DNA of 64,000 bases. Origin: Podospora anserina (taxonomy: Eukaryota). The notes beneath the pieces were generated by a model, which was not told the origin of the DNA, did not search any database, and saw nothing but the letters and a program-made list of their open reading frames with translations. Location of the stretch: positions 1,488,001 through 1,552,000 of the forward strand of contig CM030333.1 of assembly GCA_017654855.1 (NCBI GenBank). The letters are read 5' to 3'. The translations under genes were made by a program, and so were the position numbers. Positions within the stretch are counted from its first letter, which is position 1; each line of letters starts with the position of its first letter. Below are positions 1 to 12,568 of this stretch, in pieces.

Positions 1-1743
1 CGACACTCGTCTTCAGCTGATTATGGAGGCCACCAGAAAGTCTGGTGGTGTATACCTTGTATGGCCCCTGGGTGTTGTGTGAATGATCCGTTGGAGCTGA
101 CACGTTCTGCAGTATGCCAACCAACAAGGCTGCGAGTAAGTGTCTCTGAAAAGTCTGGACCGCTGCGGCTAACAAGCACAGTGGCGAGCGCCTGTACTTT
201 GACGGGTGTGCCATGATCATAGTAAACGGCGATATTGGTAGGTCACCTTGCTCATCCTCCCGAGCCCTGCTGACACCGCACAGTTGCCCAAGGATCCCAG
301 TTCGGTCTCAAAGACGTCGAGGTGGTCACCGCCACTGTCGACCTCGAGGAAGTCAGATCATATCGAGCAGCCATCTCCCGCGGTCTCCAAGCCGCGACCT
401 CGGATGCCAGGTATCAAAGAATTCAGACTCCATTCGAGCTGGCTCCCGAAGATGACGACGCCGATATCGAAAAGCGACCCACCCTCCCCATGCAGCCCAG
501 AGTGCACCCCGTAGAAGAAGAGATTGCCCTCTCTGGCGGATGCTACCTCTGGGACTACCTTCGCAGATCCGGAACGGCAGGCTACCTCGTTCCCCTGAGC
601 GGCGGTATTGACTCGTGCGCTACCGCCGTGATTGTGTATTCCATGTGCCGCATCGTCATGGATGCCGTCGAGGAGGAAAATCAACAGGTCATTGAAGATG
701 TCAAACGACTTTGTCAATACAGCCAGGGTGTGTTGCCCAAGACACCGCAAGAATTGTGCAACCAGATTTTCACCACCATCTACATGGGTATGAAGAAGCA
801 GAGCTCTCGTGACACTCGCCAGCGCGCAAAGGATCTTGCCGAGGCCATCGGGAGTCACCACGTCAACCTCGATATTGACGAGGTATACGAGGCTCAGAAG
901 AAGCTCGTCGTCAACACCCTCAATTTTGAGCCTAGGTTCGAGGTGGAAGGGGGCAGCAACCAAGAAAACTTGACGCTGCAGTGCTTGCAAGCCAGAATCA
1001 GAATGGTAACAGCGTACGAGTTTGGGCAGATCCTTCCAACCGCGCGCGGAAGACCAGGAGGCGGCAGCCTGCTCGTCCTCGGCAGTGCAAACGTTGGAGA
1101 GTCTTTGAGGGGATATCTGACCAAGTATGACTGCTCGAGTGCGGATATCAACCCCATCGGCTCCATCGACAAGGCGGACTTGAAACGTTTCATCGCATGG
1201 GCCGAGAAAGAATTCGACCTACCCTGCCTCCACGAATTCCTGACGGCCGTTCCCACGGCCGAGCTGGAGCCCATCACCGAGAACTATGTTCAGAGTGATG
1301 AAGCCGACATGGGCATGACGTACGAGGAGCTCACCACGTTTGGGCGCCTCCGCAAGCTCAACAAGCTCGGCCCGTTCGCCATGTTCCAGCGTCTCGTCCA
1401 CGACTGGAGCATCGACCGGAAGCACGTCGAGGGCGATACCGCGCCACACTACACGCCTGCTCAAGTTGCGGAGAAGGTGAAGAGGTTCTTCCACTTTTAT
1501 GCCATCAACCGGCACAAGATGACAACCTTGACCCCAGCCCTTCACTGTAATGATTATTGTAAGTTGATATGCACTTTTTTTCCCGTCGGACCTTTATGAT
1601 TGACCGTGCCCATAGCACCGGACGACAACCGCTTTGATCTCCGACCGTTCCTGTACCCTAACTTTTGGAAGAGCTGGTCCTTCAAGAGGATTGATATGGA
1701 GCTGAAGAAGATTGAAAAGAAGCGGGCCAGTAAGGGGAAGTAG
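1..1743 (+). CDS. QNS1: Glutamine-dependent NAD(+) synthetase, 5'-truncated by window; introns 59-112, 136-181, 238-283, 1559-1615
   Basis: Spliced translation gives [23 protein letters not shown] (PP-loop), [23 protein letters not shown] and [14 protein letters not shown]; canonical GT-AG introns with branch sites. Confidence 0.95.
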
Positions 1744-2134
1744 AGCATGATGAGGAATAGATTGTAATATTTCACCCCGTTCATCACCTCGACATCAACC
1801 AGAGGAATGCTCTCTTTGACAGACTGATAAGATAAAAACTGCTTGATTCGGCTAGCGGCAAGAGTGGGCTTGGACCCGGAACGGCGCAGAGTGATCCGGC
1901 CAATGAGCAGCCCCACAGGGCGAGTTTCACAGACAAAATGGGTCTCGATTTTTCCCTTTCTGTTCGCACTCTTCCTTTTCTTCTCAGCCTGCAAATTCTG
2001 CAGCCCCGCGCAACAATGGTGTTAAACATCCACCACCACTCCGCCAGCGCCATCCAGTGACCGGTGCCAGTCGTTAGCTGCTGCCTTTTACTCTCTCTTT
2101 TTACCAAGAGTTATCACACGCTCTTTACTCGCCC

Positions 2135-3439
2135 ATGACTGTCGACGAAACAGTCGTCGCCGTCGCCGGCTCCAACGATGGGCAGGCACAGCTCGCCACG
2201 GACCTCTCGACGCTTGAGATAGCGAACGGAACCAAGCAGACAGGCGAGCAGCCTGCCCATCGCTCCCATGATCCCCAGTACAACCAGAAGCGAAGCGACC
2301 CCTTCCAGTTTGGCTCGCGTCTTCTGGGCGAGGAGGACGACCCCTTCGAGTTCAATGCTTGGGATCATGTCGAGGTTGACGATGAATTCAAAGAGTATGC
2401 TGAACAGCAATACGAGATGCAACGTCAAGCCCCCGTCTCCGAATTTGACAAATGTAAGTTGCAACAATGTTTTTTTTTTGGTTCGCTTCCACGGGGCCCA
2501 AACGCCCCTGCGTTGTGTGATGATTTACATTTATAGCATAGTTCATCTGAATTCCTTTGATGACAACTGTAGCACATATAGTCTTTCGCTCCCATCTGAC
2601 ACGCATTCTTTCCACTTTCTCTCTTTTTGGCAGGCACTCGCGAGCAATTTGCTGACTCGAGAAACACAGTTCGATTCAATTCCGACCCTGCAAAGTGGTG
2701 GAACAAGTTCTACAAGAACAACACATCCAACTTCTTCAAGGACCGGAAATGGCTCCAGCAAGAGTTTCCCGTCCTTGATCGACTGACGCAAGAGGACGCT
2801 GGACCCGTCACCATCCTTGAGATAGGCGCTGGCGCCGGCAACACGGCCTTTCCTGTTCTGTCGAGAAACAAGAACCCCAAGCTCAAGCTCCATGCTTGTG
2901 ACTTTTCCAAGACGGCAGTCGATGTCATGCGCAACCACGAGGCGTACAACACGGATCTGATGCAAGCCGACGTGTGGGATGTTGCTGGGGAGGAACTCCC
3001 CCCCGGGCTGGGAGAGGGGTCCGTGGACCTTGTCATGATGGTGTTCGTCTTCTCTGCCCTCTCTCCGCTGCAGTGGAAGAAGGCGGTAGAGAATGTTCAT
3101 CGGGTGCTCAAGCCAGGTGGTGAGGTCTGCTTCCGCGACTATGGAAGAGGTGACCTCGCTCAGGTCCGCTTTAAAAAGGGACGGTACCTGGAAGAGAACT
3201 TTTACATTCGAGGCGATGGCACCCGCGTCTACTTCTTTGAAAAGGACGAGCTCGCTGATGTTTGGTCAGGCAAGCTGAACATCGAGGCCACTGATGGCGA
3301 TGCCGACGCCAGCTCTGAGGGCGTGAAGCCCAAATTTGAGATTGAGGAGCTTGGTGTAGACCGTAGAATGCTTGTTAACCGTGCCAGAAAGCTCAAGATG
3401 TACCGATGCTGGATGCAGGGCCGGTTTAGAAAGGTATGA
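2135..3439 (+). CDS. TRM140: tRNA m3C32 methyltransferase, Trm140/Abp140/METTL2 family; intron 2454-2669
   Basis: FNAWDHVE, WNKFY..N..NFFKDRKWL.QEFP, SAM motif ILEIGAGAGNT, FRDYGRGDLAQVRF, YIRGDGTRVYFF; splicing restores DK-F-RFNSDP. Confidence 0.92.
2509..2604 (+). ncRNA. snR60: Intronic box C/D snoRNA, snR60-like dual guide for large-subunit rRNA 2'-O-methylation
   Basis: Box C GTGATGA 2517-2523, D' CTGA 2547-2550, C' TGATGA 2558-2563, D CTGA 2596-2599; terminal stem TGCGT/ACGCA; guides GCATAGTTCA and TAGTCTTTCGCTCCC are antisense to recalled 25S rRNA segments TGAACTATGC and GGGGCGAAAGACTA. Confidence 0.85.
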
Positions 3440-4055
3440 AAAATATCAAGATGATTTGAGAGCAATCTATTTCCGCAATGTCTCGATTCTGTGACTTGTC
3501 TGTTGTCGTATTGTTTTGATGTGATCTTGAATTTGCTTGCTCCAAAAAGCTTGGACCACCCGACAGGAAACAGCTTGGGTGGGGGCCTGTTTTCACCGCC
3601 CGACCCTCTTTCTGCATGGGGCAGAATTCTGAATGCGACAGCGGCCGTGCTCTCTGTTCCCAATCCAGAACTGTATCACTGTGATCGCGACTTCGTGGAG
3701 CTCTCCACCGAGTTTGACGTCGACTCGGCAACATCTTCCACACCACCAACGCCGAACTTCCCGCTCATGCGACGCCAATTCTTTGTTCCCTCGGCCAACT
3801 AGAGCCGTCTCCTGTCGACACACCTTTCATTGCGATCGAGCATCTCCACGAGCCGACGACAGTCTTCTTCTGCCTCCTCCCACGGTAAAGTCATACTCGC
3901 TCGCCATCCGCACTTCGAAACCTACCCACCCCCACACCTTGTATGATATTCCATCCGTGACGACGATCGTCAATTAATACGCATTCTGTTTTCCACTTCG
4001 ATCGACCGCTCACGCGAACCATCGCGACCGACGCCAATGCTCTGCTTCCTTCACC

Positions 4056-7000
4056 ATGGCATCGCCAGCTAACAATCCCTTCGGGGTGCCCCCAGGCAAT
4101 CCTTTTGGAGCACGAGGCCAGAACCCGTTCGGTGCGCCGTCGAGCAATCCGTTCGGGGGATCTTCGTTTGGAGCAGCAGCAGCAGCACCACCACAGTCTA
4201 CCCCCTCGTTCGGTAGCCAACCAGCTCAGAATCAATTCGGCGGCGGTTTCGGGGCTGCCCCTTCGTCATTTGGCAGCCAGCCAGCCGCAGGATTTGGGGT
4301 TCCGACATCGTTTGGGTCGAGTGACGGGAACAACATGACGCGACGGGGAAAGGGCAAGATGTCGACCTTGAATGCGTCCAACGGTCCGCAGGATAAGGGA
4401 GGCAAGTCCAACCAGTTCGGGGCGCAGAGCAACAAAGATACTCGGCGTACCAATCTGTTTCAGGGACCGAAGGGTTCATCTCTCAAGCGTGAAGTCGCCA
4501 AGGTCGCTGCCCCGGCGGCCTCTGTCCCTAGCAGTCAGCGCAAGCGGAACGAACGACCAAATGGATCGCAACCGCCAACACAGCACAGTCGCGGCAAACA
4601 AGGCGCGACACAGGGGCCCAGCGAAGCGACGAGACAGCTGAGCCCCTTCGCCTACGACTATGCCAATAAGCTCTACGATCATCTCAAAAAGGAGGGCATC
4701 AAGGCTCCAACATGGCCGGCCCAAGTTGGCAACCCTGACAAGCGCGGTGCGGTCGAGACATTGAAAGAGTCTTACAAAAAGTATCGCACCCGCGCCTATG
4801 CGTCACTTCGAAAAGCCGATCTCATTGACGACCCGGACAAGCGAAGGAGGTTGGAGGACGCGCTTCCTTTCAAGGGCATCTGCGAGGACATGTGTCCGGA
4901 GTTCGAGCAGGTCTCTCGTATTGCCGAGTACGATGTCAAGACAGAAGAGAAGGACGAGCGTGGGTGGCCAGATACCGCCAAGATGGTCAAGAAGTTTGGG
5001 CGCTCGGCGGCTGGTCAGGATGCGCCATTGCCCATGGACGTTCGCTCTGTGGCAGCTCTGAGGCGATCCACCGACTACCTTTTCAACGAACTGTTGCAGT
5101 CGGAGAACAACCTCGCCTCGATGCACAACTACCTTCGAGATCGCACCCGAGCAGTACGCAAGGACTTCACCTTCCATTCGAAGAAAACAAACGAAGAAAT
5201 GAAGGAACTGGTGTACTGTTTCGAGACGATCACGAGATTCCACGCCACAGCTCTCCATCTCCTCTGCCGAAAGGGGCACAGTTACGAGTCTTTTGATTCG
5301 AGACAGGAGATTGAGCAGTTGGGCAGGACGCTTCTGTCGCTCATCGAGGCATACGACAAGTGCCGGAAAAAGGGAGTGGTTTGCGAAAACGAGCCCGAGT
5401 TCAGGGCCTATTATCTTCTCCTCAATGCGCACGACCCCTCGATAATGAAGAGGATTCTCACATGGGGGAAGGAGTACTGGTTCCAATCCGAGGAGGTGCA
5501 GACGGCCTTGGCGTTGATTCAGGTCATGGACGACATTCGGGAGACCAAGGGCCCCCTGAAGCCAAAACGGCCAGTGACGCTGTCCGACACTTCGTTTGCC
5601 AACTTCTTTGCGATTGTGGAGGACTCCAGGACGTCTTACACCATGGCTTGCATTGCCGAGGTTCACTTCACCTGGGTCCGCCAGAACATTCTCAAGAATT
5701 TCGTTCGAGGGTATTCCCGCCACAGAGATGCGCCTCGGACTATTACGGCCGCGAACTTGAACAAGCTGCTCAGGTTTGACACGGACGAGGAGGCGGTTGA
5801 GTTCATCGAGCTCCACGGGTTCGAGATGTCGACCTGGGTGCCGCCCAACAGGCCCCCTGTGACGGAACCGTACCTGCTTCTCAACAACAAGAAGAAGGTT
5901 GTTCCCTCGCCGCGAGTACCGCAGGCTTTCTCGGGAAAGCTAGTGGAACGGAAGCGCACCACGCAGTCTCTGCCGTATGTCATTTACAATACAATCTACG
6001 AAGAGTCGACAGGGGGGGATGTCGGTATGGAAGACGAGCTGTTTGTGACGCAGATTAACACTCTGGGTGCGTCTTCGGCTTTTGGTCAACCAGCCTCGCA
6101 GCCTGCGGCAGCGACTTCGTCATTTGGTTTCGGTTCTTTGGCGAACGGAGTGCCAGCTCAACCGCAGGCGCCGGCTTCGGCATTTGGCTCTTCGAACACA
6201 CCATCCGGTGCTACTCCAGGCTTCGGAGCCCCGGCACCGTCAGCAAGTCCTTTTGGTCAACCGCCACCCCAGGCTAACAATCCCTTTGGGCAACCTGCTG
6301 CACCAACACCAACGGCAACGGTACCAGCTCCAACCCCCTTTGCGGGTTTTGGTTCAAACCCTACACCCGCCCCGGCACCTACTCCTGCCCAAGCGCCATC
6401 ACAAAAAGAAGCAGGAAAGAGCCCATTCTCGTTTGGCACGCCACAGACCGCTATATTCGGCTCTGGGGCTCCTCCCCCGAGCCTGGCGGAACCCTCAGCT
6501 CCGTCTTTCGGCTTCACGAAACCGCCAGAGCCAGCGGCGCTGGCTCCGACCCCATTCTCGTTTTTGAACAAGGATGCTTCTTCGGCTCAGCCAGCGAGTG
6601 TGCTCTCGAGCACAGAGAAGGCTCCGATATTTGGCAACGATGCCGCTCCCACCACCGCAAGCACACAGCCGACTCGGGCACCGGCTTCCGGTTTCTCTCT
6701 TGCTCAACCAACGCAGCCAACCTCGTCGCTTACGTTCCCCGGTCTCGGGGCAAAGCCTGAGTCTCCAAAGAATGTCCAACCGGCGCCCGCTGCTCCAGCA
6801 CAGCAGCCAGCTGTCCCTTCTGTCTCAATCACGCAGCCTACGCCCACATCTGGTGTGTTTCCTCCACAACAGCCAGTCCAGCCCGCTCCGGCTCAATCCC
6901 AGTTCCCAGCCCCGACACCCCCGGCAGTACCACCACCGGTCCAGAATGCACCCCTCTTCACCGTCACGCCGTCCGCACCACAAGCACCACCGCCCACTCC

Positions 7001-8459
7001 AAAACGAGACCTGATGGCGGGCTTCACAAAATGGTACGTCACTGGTGACGGAGGGCTGATGGAGCAATTTGCCGAAAACACGGTCCAGAATCTCGTCTGG
7101 GATGTCTTTCAGCGATATCAACTCGAAGAAGCGGAGAGGGTGAGAAGGGAGGAGGATGAAGAGAGTTGGCGGGCGGCGAGGGAATTTATGTGCTATCGGC
7201 TGGGGCACAAGTATTTCAATCGGTGGAGGGAGACGGCGAGGAGGCTTTCGATGAGGAGGAGGTTGCGGGAGGGGAAGAGGCTGATGAGGGAGTGGAGGGT
7301 GATGCAGAAGGAGAGGGAGAGGGAGAAGGAACAAGAGGAGAAAGAGAGGGTGAAGGAGAGGAAGAGGAAGGCGGAGGAGGATGTTAGGTTGCTGGGGAGG
7401 TTGGTGAAGGGTAGTGGGAGGGGGGTGGGGAGTGTAGATGGGGTTTTTAGTCATGATGGGAGCGGGGGACAGGAGGAGGAGTTGACAAGGAGGAGTGGGA
7501 TGTTTGGGGGCGTGGTGGGGAACGAAGGGGAGCTGGTGAAGAGGGCTGTGATGGGTGGGTTTGGGGTGACTACGGGAACGGGGACGGGGTATGAGGGGTA
7601 TGAGGGGTATGAGGAGTCGGAGTTGGAGCTTGTCCCTGCGCCGAAGGAGATGACGGCTGGGTCGCCGGACAGTGATGCTACCGCGCAGAGAGAAGGGTGG
7701 AAGACGAGGTCTCTGAGGGAGAGGTTTGTCAGCGACCATGGGAGGAGAAGCGTCTCGGCTCACAGCTCGATCAACGGACGAGCATCACTCAGAAGCACAA
7801 ACTTTTCGGGGGTGAACAACAACAACAACAAGAAACGGCGATCGGCGGAGCTGGACGGGCTGCTGCGTGAGCCTGATGCTAAAAGGCAGTCGTTTGCCAT
7901 GAGCACGACCAGCTGTGGGAGCAACGCTTCTGCTTCTCGGCCCGGTATCAGGTCGAGGCACTGGGAGATGAGGCTGAGGGGGTTTGTGCAGGGGGCTGAT
8001 GGGGGGTGGGTGGCGGAGAGTTTGGCGAATTCTTCCGGGAATGATGGTCAACCACAACGACCGCCGCCGTTGACGGAGTTGGAGATCCGGCTTGCCAGGA
8101 TCAGGAGGGATCACTCCGTCGGTCGGGGGGGGAGTAGGTCTAGGGCTGCGTCGCAGAGCGGTGGGATGGGGATGTCACCGCCTCCTCCGCCGCCGCCGCT
8201 TTGGGGTGAGGGGGTTGGGAAAAGGAAACGGGATGGGGAGGGGGAGGAGGACAGGGGGAGGAAGGGAGGGGAGTTTTCGCCTAGTGAGAGGGAGAGGGGC
8301 AGGGGTAGGCCGGGAGCGGGGACAACGACGACGAAGGATATGGTGGAGGATACGCAAAGGATGTTGAGGGAGTTGAGGGAGACGATGGAGTTGTTGGAGA
8401 GGGATAGGTTGGTTTTACCTGGTGGGGAGGGGGAAACAACGGAGGGGTGGGTTGCTTGA
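4056..8459 (+). CDS. SAC3: SAC3/GANP family mRNA export factor (TREX-2 scaffold), 1467 aa
   Basis: FG-rich N-terminus; core motifs GICEDMCPEFE, MVKKFGRSAAGQ, YLRDRTRAVRKDFT, NEPEFRAYYLL; single long ORF. Confidence 0.92.
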   Translation: MASPANNPFGVPPGNPFGARGQNPFGAPSSNPFGGSSFGAAAAAPPQSTPSFGSQPAQNQFGGGFGAAPSSFGSQPAAGFGVPTSFGSSDGNNMTRRGKGKMSTLNASNGPQDKGGKSNQFGAQSNKDTRRTNLFQGPKGSSLKREVAKVAAPAASVPSSQRKRNERPNGSQPPTQHSRGKQGATQGPSEATRQLSPFAYDYANKLYDHLKKEGIKAPTWPAQVGNPDKRGAVETLKESYKKYRTRAYASLRKADLIDDPDKRRRLEDALPFKGICEDMCPEFEQVSRIAEYDVKTEEKDERGWPDTAKMVKKFGRSAAGQDAPLPMDVRSVAALRRSTDYLFNELLQSENNLASMHNYLRDRTRAVRKDFTFHSKKTNEEMKELVYCFETITRFHATALHLLCRKGHSYESFDSRQEIEQLGRTLLSLIEAYDKCRKKGVVCENEPEFRAYYLLLNAHDPSIMKRILTWGKEYWFQSEEVQTALALIQVMDDIRETKGPLKPKRPVTLSDTSFANFFAIVEDSRTSYTMACIAEVHFTWVRQNILKNFVRGYSRHRDAPRTITAANLNKLLRFDTDEEAVEFIELHGFEMSTWVPPNRPPVTEPYLLLNNKKKVVPSPRVPQAFSGKLVERKRTTQSLPYVIYNTIYEESTGGDVGMEDELFVTQINTLGASSAFGQPASQPAAATSSFGFGSLANGVPAQPQAPASAFGSSNTPSGATPGFGAPAPSASPFGQPPPQANNPFGQPAAPTPTATVPAPTPFAGFGSNPTPAPAPTPAQAPSQKEAGKSPFSFGTPQTAIFGSGAPPPSLAEPSAPSFGFTKPPEPAALAPTPFSFLNKDASSAQPASVLSSTEKAPIFGNDAAPTTASTQPTRAPASGFSLAQPTQPTSSLTFPGLGAKPESPKNVQPAPAAPAQQPAVPSVSITQPTPTSGVFPPQQPVQPAPAQSQFPAPTPPAVPPPVQNAPLFTVTPSAPQAPPPTPKRDLMAGFTKWYVTGDGGLMEQFAENTVQNLVWDVFQRYQLEEAERVRREEDEESWRAAREFMCYRLGHKYFNRWRETARRLSMRRRLREGKRLMREWRVMQKEREREKEQEEKERVKERKRKAEEDVRLLGRLVKGSGRGVGSVDGVFSHDGSGGQEEELTRRSGMFGGVVGNEGELVKRAVMGGFGVTTGTGTGYEGYEGYEESELELVPAPKEMTAGSPDSDATAQREGWKTRSLRERFVSDHGRRSVSAHSSINGRASLRSTNFSGVNNNNNKKRRSAELDGLLREPDAKRQSFAMSTTSCGSNASASRPGIRSRHWEMRLRGFVQGADGGWVAESLANSSGNDGQPQRPPPLTELEIRLARIRRDHSVGRGGSRSRAASQSGGMGMSPPPPPPPLWGEGVGKRKRDGEGEEDRGRKGGEFSPSERERGRGRPGAGTTTTKDMVEDTQRMLRELRETMELLERDRLVLPGGEGETTEGWVA

Positions 8460-9194
8460 AAGTTTGGGGGCAAGAGGAGGAGAGAGAATGAAATTGTTTT
8501 GTTTTTTGTTTTGTTTTTGGGGGAGGATGGGGGATGGGGATGAGGAGTTGATGTGGAGGATGATGATACTTGAGGTACTTACCTATGGAAATTGCTGGTT
8601 TATTAGGGTTGGTTTTTTTTTTTTACATGGAAGAAATATCAAATATTATATGGGAGAAAAAAATCAAAATTTTGTGAACACAATGAAGATAAAGGAGTGG
8701 GAGTTGAAAAGACACTGCGTGGCGTTGGGGGAGGTATGGTATAAATAGGGGAAGGAAAGGGGTTGAGCATTCTGGGGTGTGTCGGCGTTGGTGCTTTTTT
8801 GGTTCTTTTTGCAAAGGGAGCAAGCAAGCATTTCTGGGGGTTTTGTTGGTGTCCTTTTGTGTATTTTATTGAAGCATTAGGTTTTATTATGATGAGAGGA
8901 TAGGCACCATTCCACGTGCATGCTTTAAATCAGCTTTGAAGGTTTTTTTGTTCACACTCTCTTATGTGCAATATCATGCATGCTTTCCCTGCTCATGAAA
9001 TCACCGGTAACACATGATATGTGAGATCCGGTGGTGTGTTCCAACCCTAATAATGATGATGATGATGATGATGATGATGAGAAGCTAGAGATATTTTGTG
9101 AGTCGGTATGCCACTCAGATAGGTGCTATATACAGCCAGCCCCCTTCCCCGACCCCCGACCTCTCAACTACGACATATCTCTGTGTCAAAACCA

Positions 9195-10981
9195 TCAAAG
9201 ATTCGGAGCTATTTTAGTTATTTGTTTTACCTCAACCCTCCTTGTACCCCCCACCAGCCCAGAAATACACCGGTGCGGCATCTGCAAATCGGCCCAACAG
9301 CTCGGACTCACCATAATCCTTATCATCTCCTCTCTTTTTGATGTTTTAGGCGAAACATCCTCATCGTCATCCTCCTCCTCCTCATCCTCCTCACCGTCGT
9401 CAACATCCCCCGCAAATCTAGCCCTATTGCCGTTGGGCCATTTCCAGCTCTGGAGTCTCTCCTCTTCCCAATACCCCAGCCTTGGCTTTTCCTGTCTCTT
9501 GGGGGAGACGGGGGACACGAGCCAGGCTTCGAAGAATTCGTCCGCGTCGTCTAGGGAGGGGAGGGAGTGTGGGGAGAGGGGCGAGAAGCAAAAGGAGGAG
9601 AACGACACAGGAAAAGAGGTGAGGTCTGATGAGGTGGCGTTTTTGTCGCTGAAGGGGTTGGAGGTGTAAGGGGATATTGACCAGAGGGGTGAGGGGGTGG
9701 TTGGTGAGCGGTAGAGGGTTTGGGGGGTTGTTAACATGCTCCTTTGGGGGGCCGAGCGGAAGGGGGGGATGGTGTGAGGGTCGGTGAGGAGGGTTAGTTT
9801 TGGCTTTTGGTGGAGTTGGGTTTGGTTTTGGTTGTGGGTGGATGAGGGGGGTTGTGATGGGCTGTTGTTGTTGTTGTTGTTGTTTTTGTTGCTGTTGCTC
9901 GAGTTACTCTGCGGTTGAGAGGGGCCGTTTGGTGATTTTTCATTGTTGTTAGGATTTTCTTGCTGTTTTTCCGACGATGCCTCCTCCTCCTCTTCTTCTT
10001 TTTCTTCTTCTTCTTCTTCCTCGTTCTCATCCCTCTTCTTCGTCACCAGCCTCCCCCGCGGCTCCCCATCCGTATCAACCACCAACAACTCCTCCACTCC
10101 TCTCCCTAGCACCCCATACACGCTCACCTCCCCGCCCTTAACCCCCATAACAGCCGAGCTGCCCGCGTAAACCGCCTCGTCTTCCCACCCGCACCGGTTG
10201 GCAAAAACAATGATTATCTCCTCCTCCTCAGCGTGCCCGCCCCGGCCCCTGATCAGCGGCTCCAACCTCCCAACCCAATACGCTATCGTCTCCAGGTCGG
10301 GCTCATCTTCCCTTCCCGTAAGGAACCGCTCCCTCATCTCCAGCGTCAGCCAGGCCATGCTGATTATGACCAAATTCGCCTTTACCGTCGAGCAATGCCT
10401 TGCAAACTCGTAAAGATTCCAGGGGTTGGTGAAATTGTACGGGTTGATGTCCATGCAGATCCCCATCGCGGTCGTTTTCCCGGGAAAGACTGTACTCTCT
10501 GGGGAGTCAGAGTAAAAGCCGGGGCCCTCTCTGGCCCAGGTTGCGTCGGTGTAGTAGAGGAAGGATTTGCGGTAGTTTGCCACTTGGTTGCCGGAAGGGT
10601 TGACCACCAGGAGGGAGTTGTAGTACTCCCCGTTGGTGTGGGATTGGAGTTCTGGGTAGCCGACTGCTACTGTGCAGCGGAAGGATTGGGCTTTTTGCTT
10701 GGCCCAGGAGGAGGTTGGTCCGGTGGATGGGGACTCGAGGTAGGGGGCTATCTGGGATCGGGAGCGGAAGTTGTAGCCTTTTCGTGCGTGTTAGTTGTCC
10801 GTGTGGGTGATGGTAGGGAAGAGGGATAAATACCGGAAAAGGACATCTCGGGGAGGATTAATAAGTCGAGTCCCTGATCGAGTTGTTCTGATGCCGAGGC
10901 AGCGAGGACTGCGTCGGCTTTGGACATGTTCTTTTCAACCTCGCCCACTTGGGGGGAGAACTGAAGACAGGCTATCCTCAT
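9195..10981 (-). CDS. NTA1: Carbon-nitrogen hydrolase, protein N-terminal amidase (Nta1-like) with low-complexity C-terminal tail; intron 10778-10833
   Basis: MRIACLQF..LILPEMSFSG/YNF, YRKSFLYYTD, GICMDINPY (E-K-C triad), ANRCGWED. Confidence 0.85.
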
Positions 10982-11337
10982 TTTGCTGGGTGTTTGTGCT
11001 GTGATGCCGGTGCAGATTACATGGCGATTGATAATTAGGTGTTTGGTGTGTTTTGGTGTGTGGGCAGGTGATATATGTCGTGTGACGCTCGGCAGGTGAG
11101 CGAGCGTAAATGGGTTGCAGGCCCGGCCTGGTTGTTTTGCTGGGAATGCTGCCGAAAGTGATGATTGATGATAGTTGTGGACTTCAGTCGTAGCTGAGAT
11201 ATGGCCCTCCTCTAGGTGATATAAACCTCAACCAAATGCTTCCCTGTGGCGTAGATGCCCTCTCAGTTCGAGCAAGGATAGGGCTAACGTCCCTGTAGGG
11301 AATACGCACAGGTCCTGAGCGTGGCCCCCAACTGCCC

Positions 11338-11420
11338 ATTCGCTGTGTGGTTCGCCGTGCGGTTCGCCGTGCGGTTCGCTGTGTGGCTCGCTGTGTGGTT
11401 CGCTGTGTGGTGTGTGTGTG
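11338..11420. repeat. Imperfect 12-bp tandem repeat (CGCTGTGTGGTT variants) running into (GT)n
   Basis: Directly visible tandem copies. Confidence 0.85.
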
Positions 11421-12568
11421 TGGCTGTGATATTTTTAGGCACTCCTTTAGCCACCTGTCTGGTGTGACACCCAACTTCTTTTTCAGATTCATCAAACACA
11501 CCACCTGGTCTTCCCACGTTTGCTCGGCTGTAGCGTTTCTTTCCCATGCATGCGTACAAGCGGCACGGACTCGGAGACTCCCTCTAGCATCTCACTTGAT
11601 AAAATCAGCCTTCGCTAACGGAACGTCGGAGGTTCCCTTTCTCTCGGACCACTTGTCGGACCTGCCCAGAGGCCCCTTCGGTAGATGGCATTTCACATGC
11701 CACATCAGATCTCTGAAACAAACCTAATCCTTTGTTTCAAGAGCAGTGAAACTCATCATCAGAGAGCTTCATGATCTGATCGGGGAGGGGGGGGGGGGTG
11801 ACTACCACCGGTGTTTTGGAAAGGTAAGAAGCGAGTGTTACTTACGGGTATGTGAAGAAGAGGTAATTTTAGAGTCAACATATGCATATATCGTTGGGAA
11901 AGACAAAATGTCGTCGATGCAAGTGAGACTGTAAAGTTGCCTGGAGGAGGGGAAGGGGGACGGGGAGGACGGCGAAGCTGATTGGCCAGCCCTATCGACG
12001 CCGGATTGGGTCTAGACTTTGTGACGTGGGGCTGGTCTGTGCTTGTCTGTCTGCAAACACCACAAGCCATCATCATCGTGAATCTCGATGTCGGAAACTT
12101 GCCGCGCTTCAAGTGGACGGCAGGAGGTGTGAAGTGTTTGGGTACCCGGGAGCCTTTTTGATAATTCAGGTGGCGAAGAACTCATCGTCGAGACTGTCTT
12201 GTTTGGATTGGGTACTGTTCGTCGTTCGTGTCCAACATTGGATCTGGTACCACATCTCGATGCTACCTACTTAGTCGTCGTTTTATTTTGAGTTGGCTTT
12301 GAGGCTATCACAAATCAAAGGGGTACCTTAAACAATAGCATTGGAAACTCTTGCCCCCGGTGTCACGAGAGGGGGTCGGCGCTAGCATGACTTGCGTGTC
12401 GTGGTAGGCAGCCGTTTGAACCACCATGAAGCGAGTGAGTGAAGCATCAGAATCTGTTGCTCATTTTTCCCCCCTGTTGTGAGTCTGGAATTTGTCGAGC
12501 AGTTTCACCATGAGCTTTGCTTTTGCTTGAACTTGCGGAATCTGAGACGACAAGACGAGGGAGCAAAA

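Noticed and set aside
61-70. ATGGCCCCTG resembling U6 snRNA
   Set aside because: A 10-nt chance match at an intron 5' end; no ACAGAGA box.
2135-3439. Programmed +1 frameshift as in yeast ABP140
   Set aside because: The frame change is fully explained by a canonical intron.
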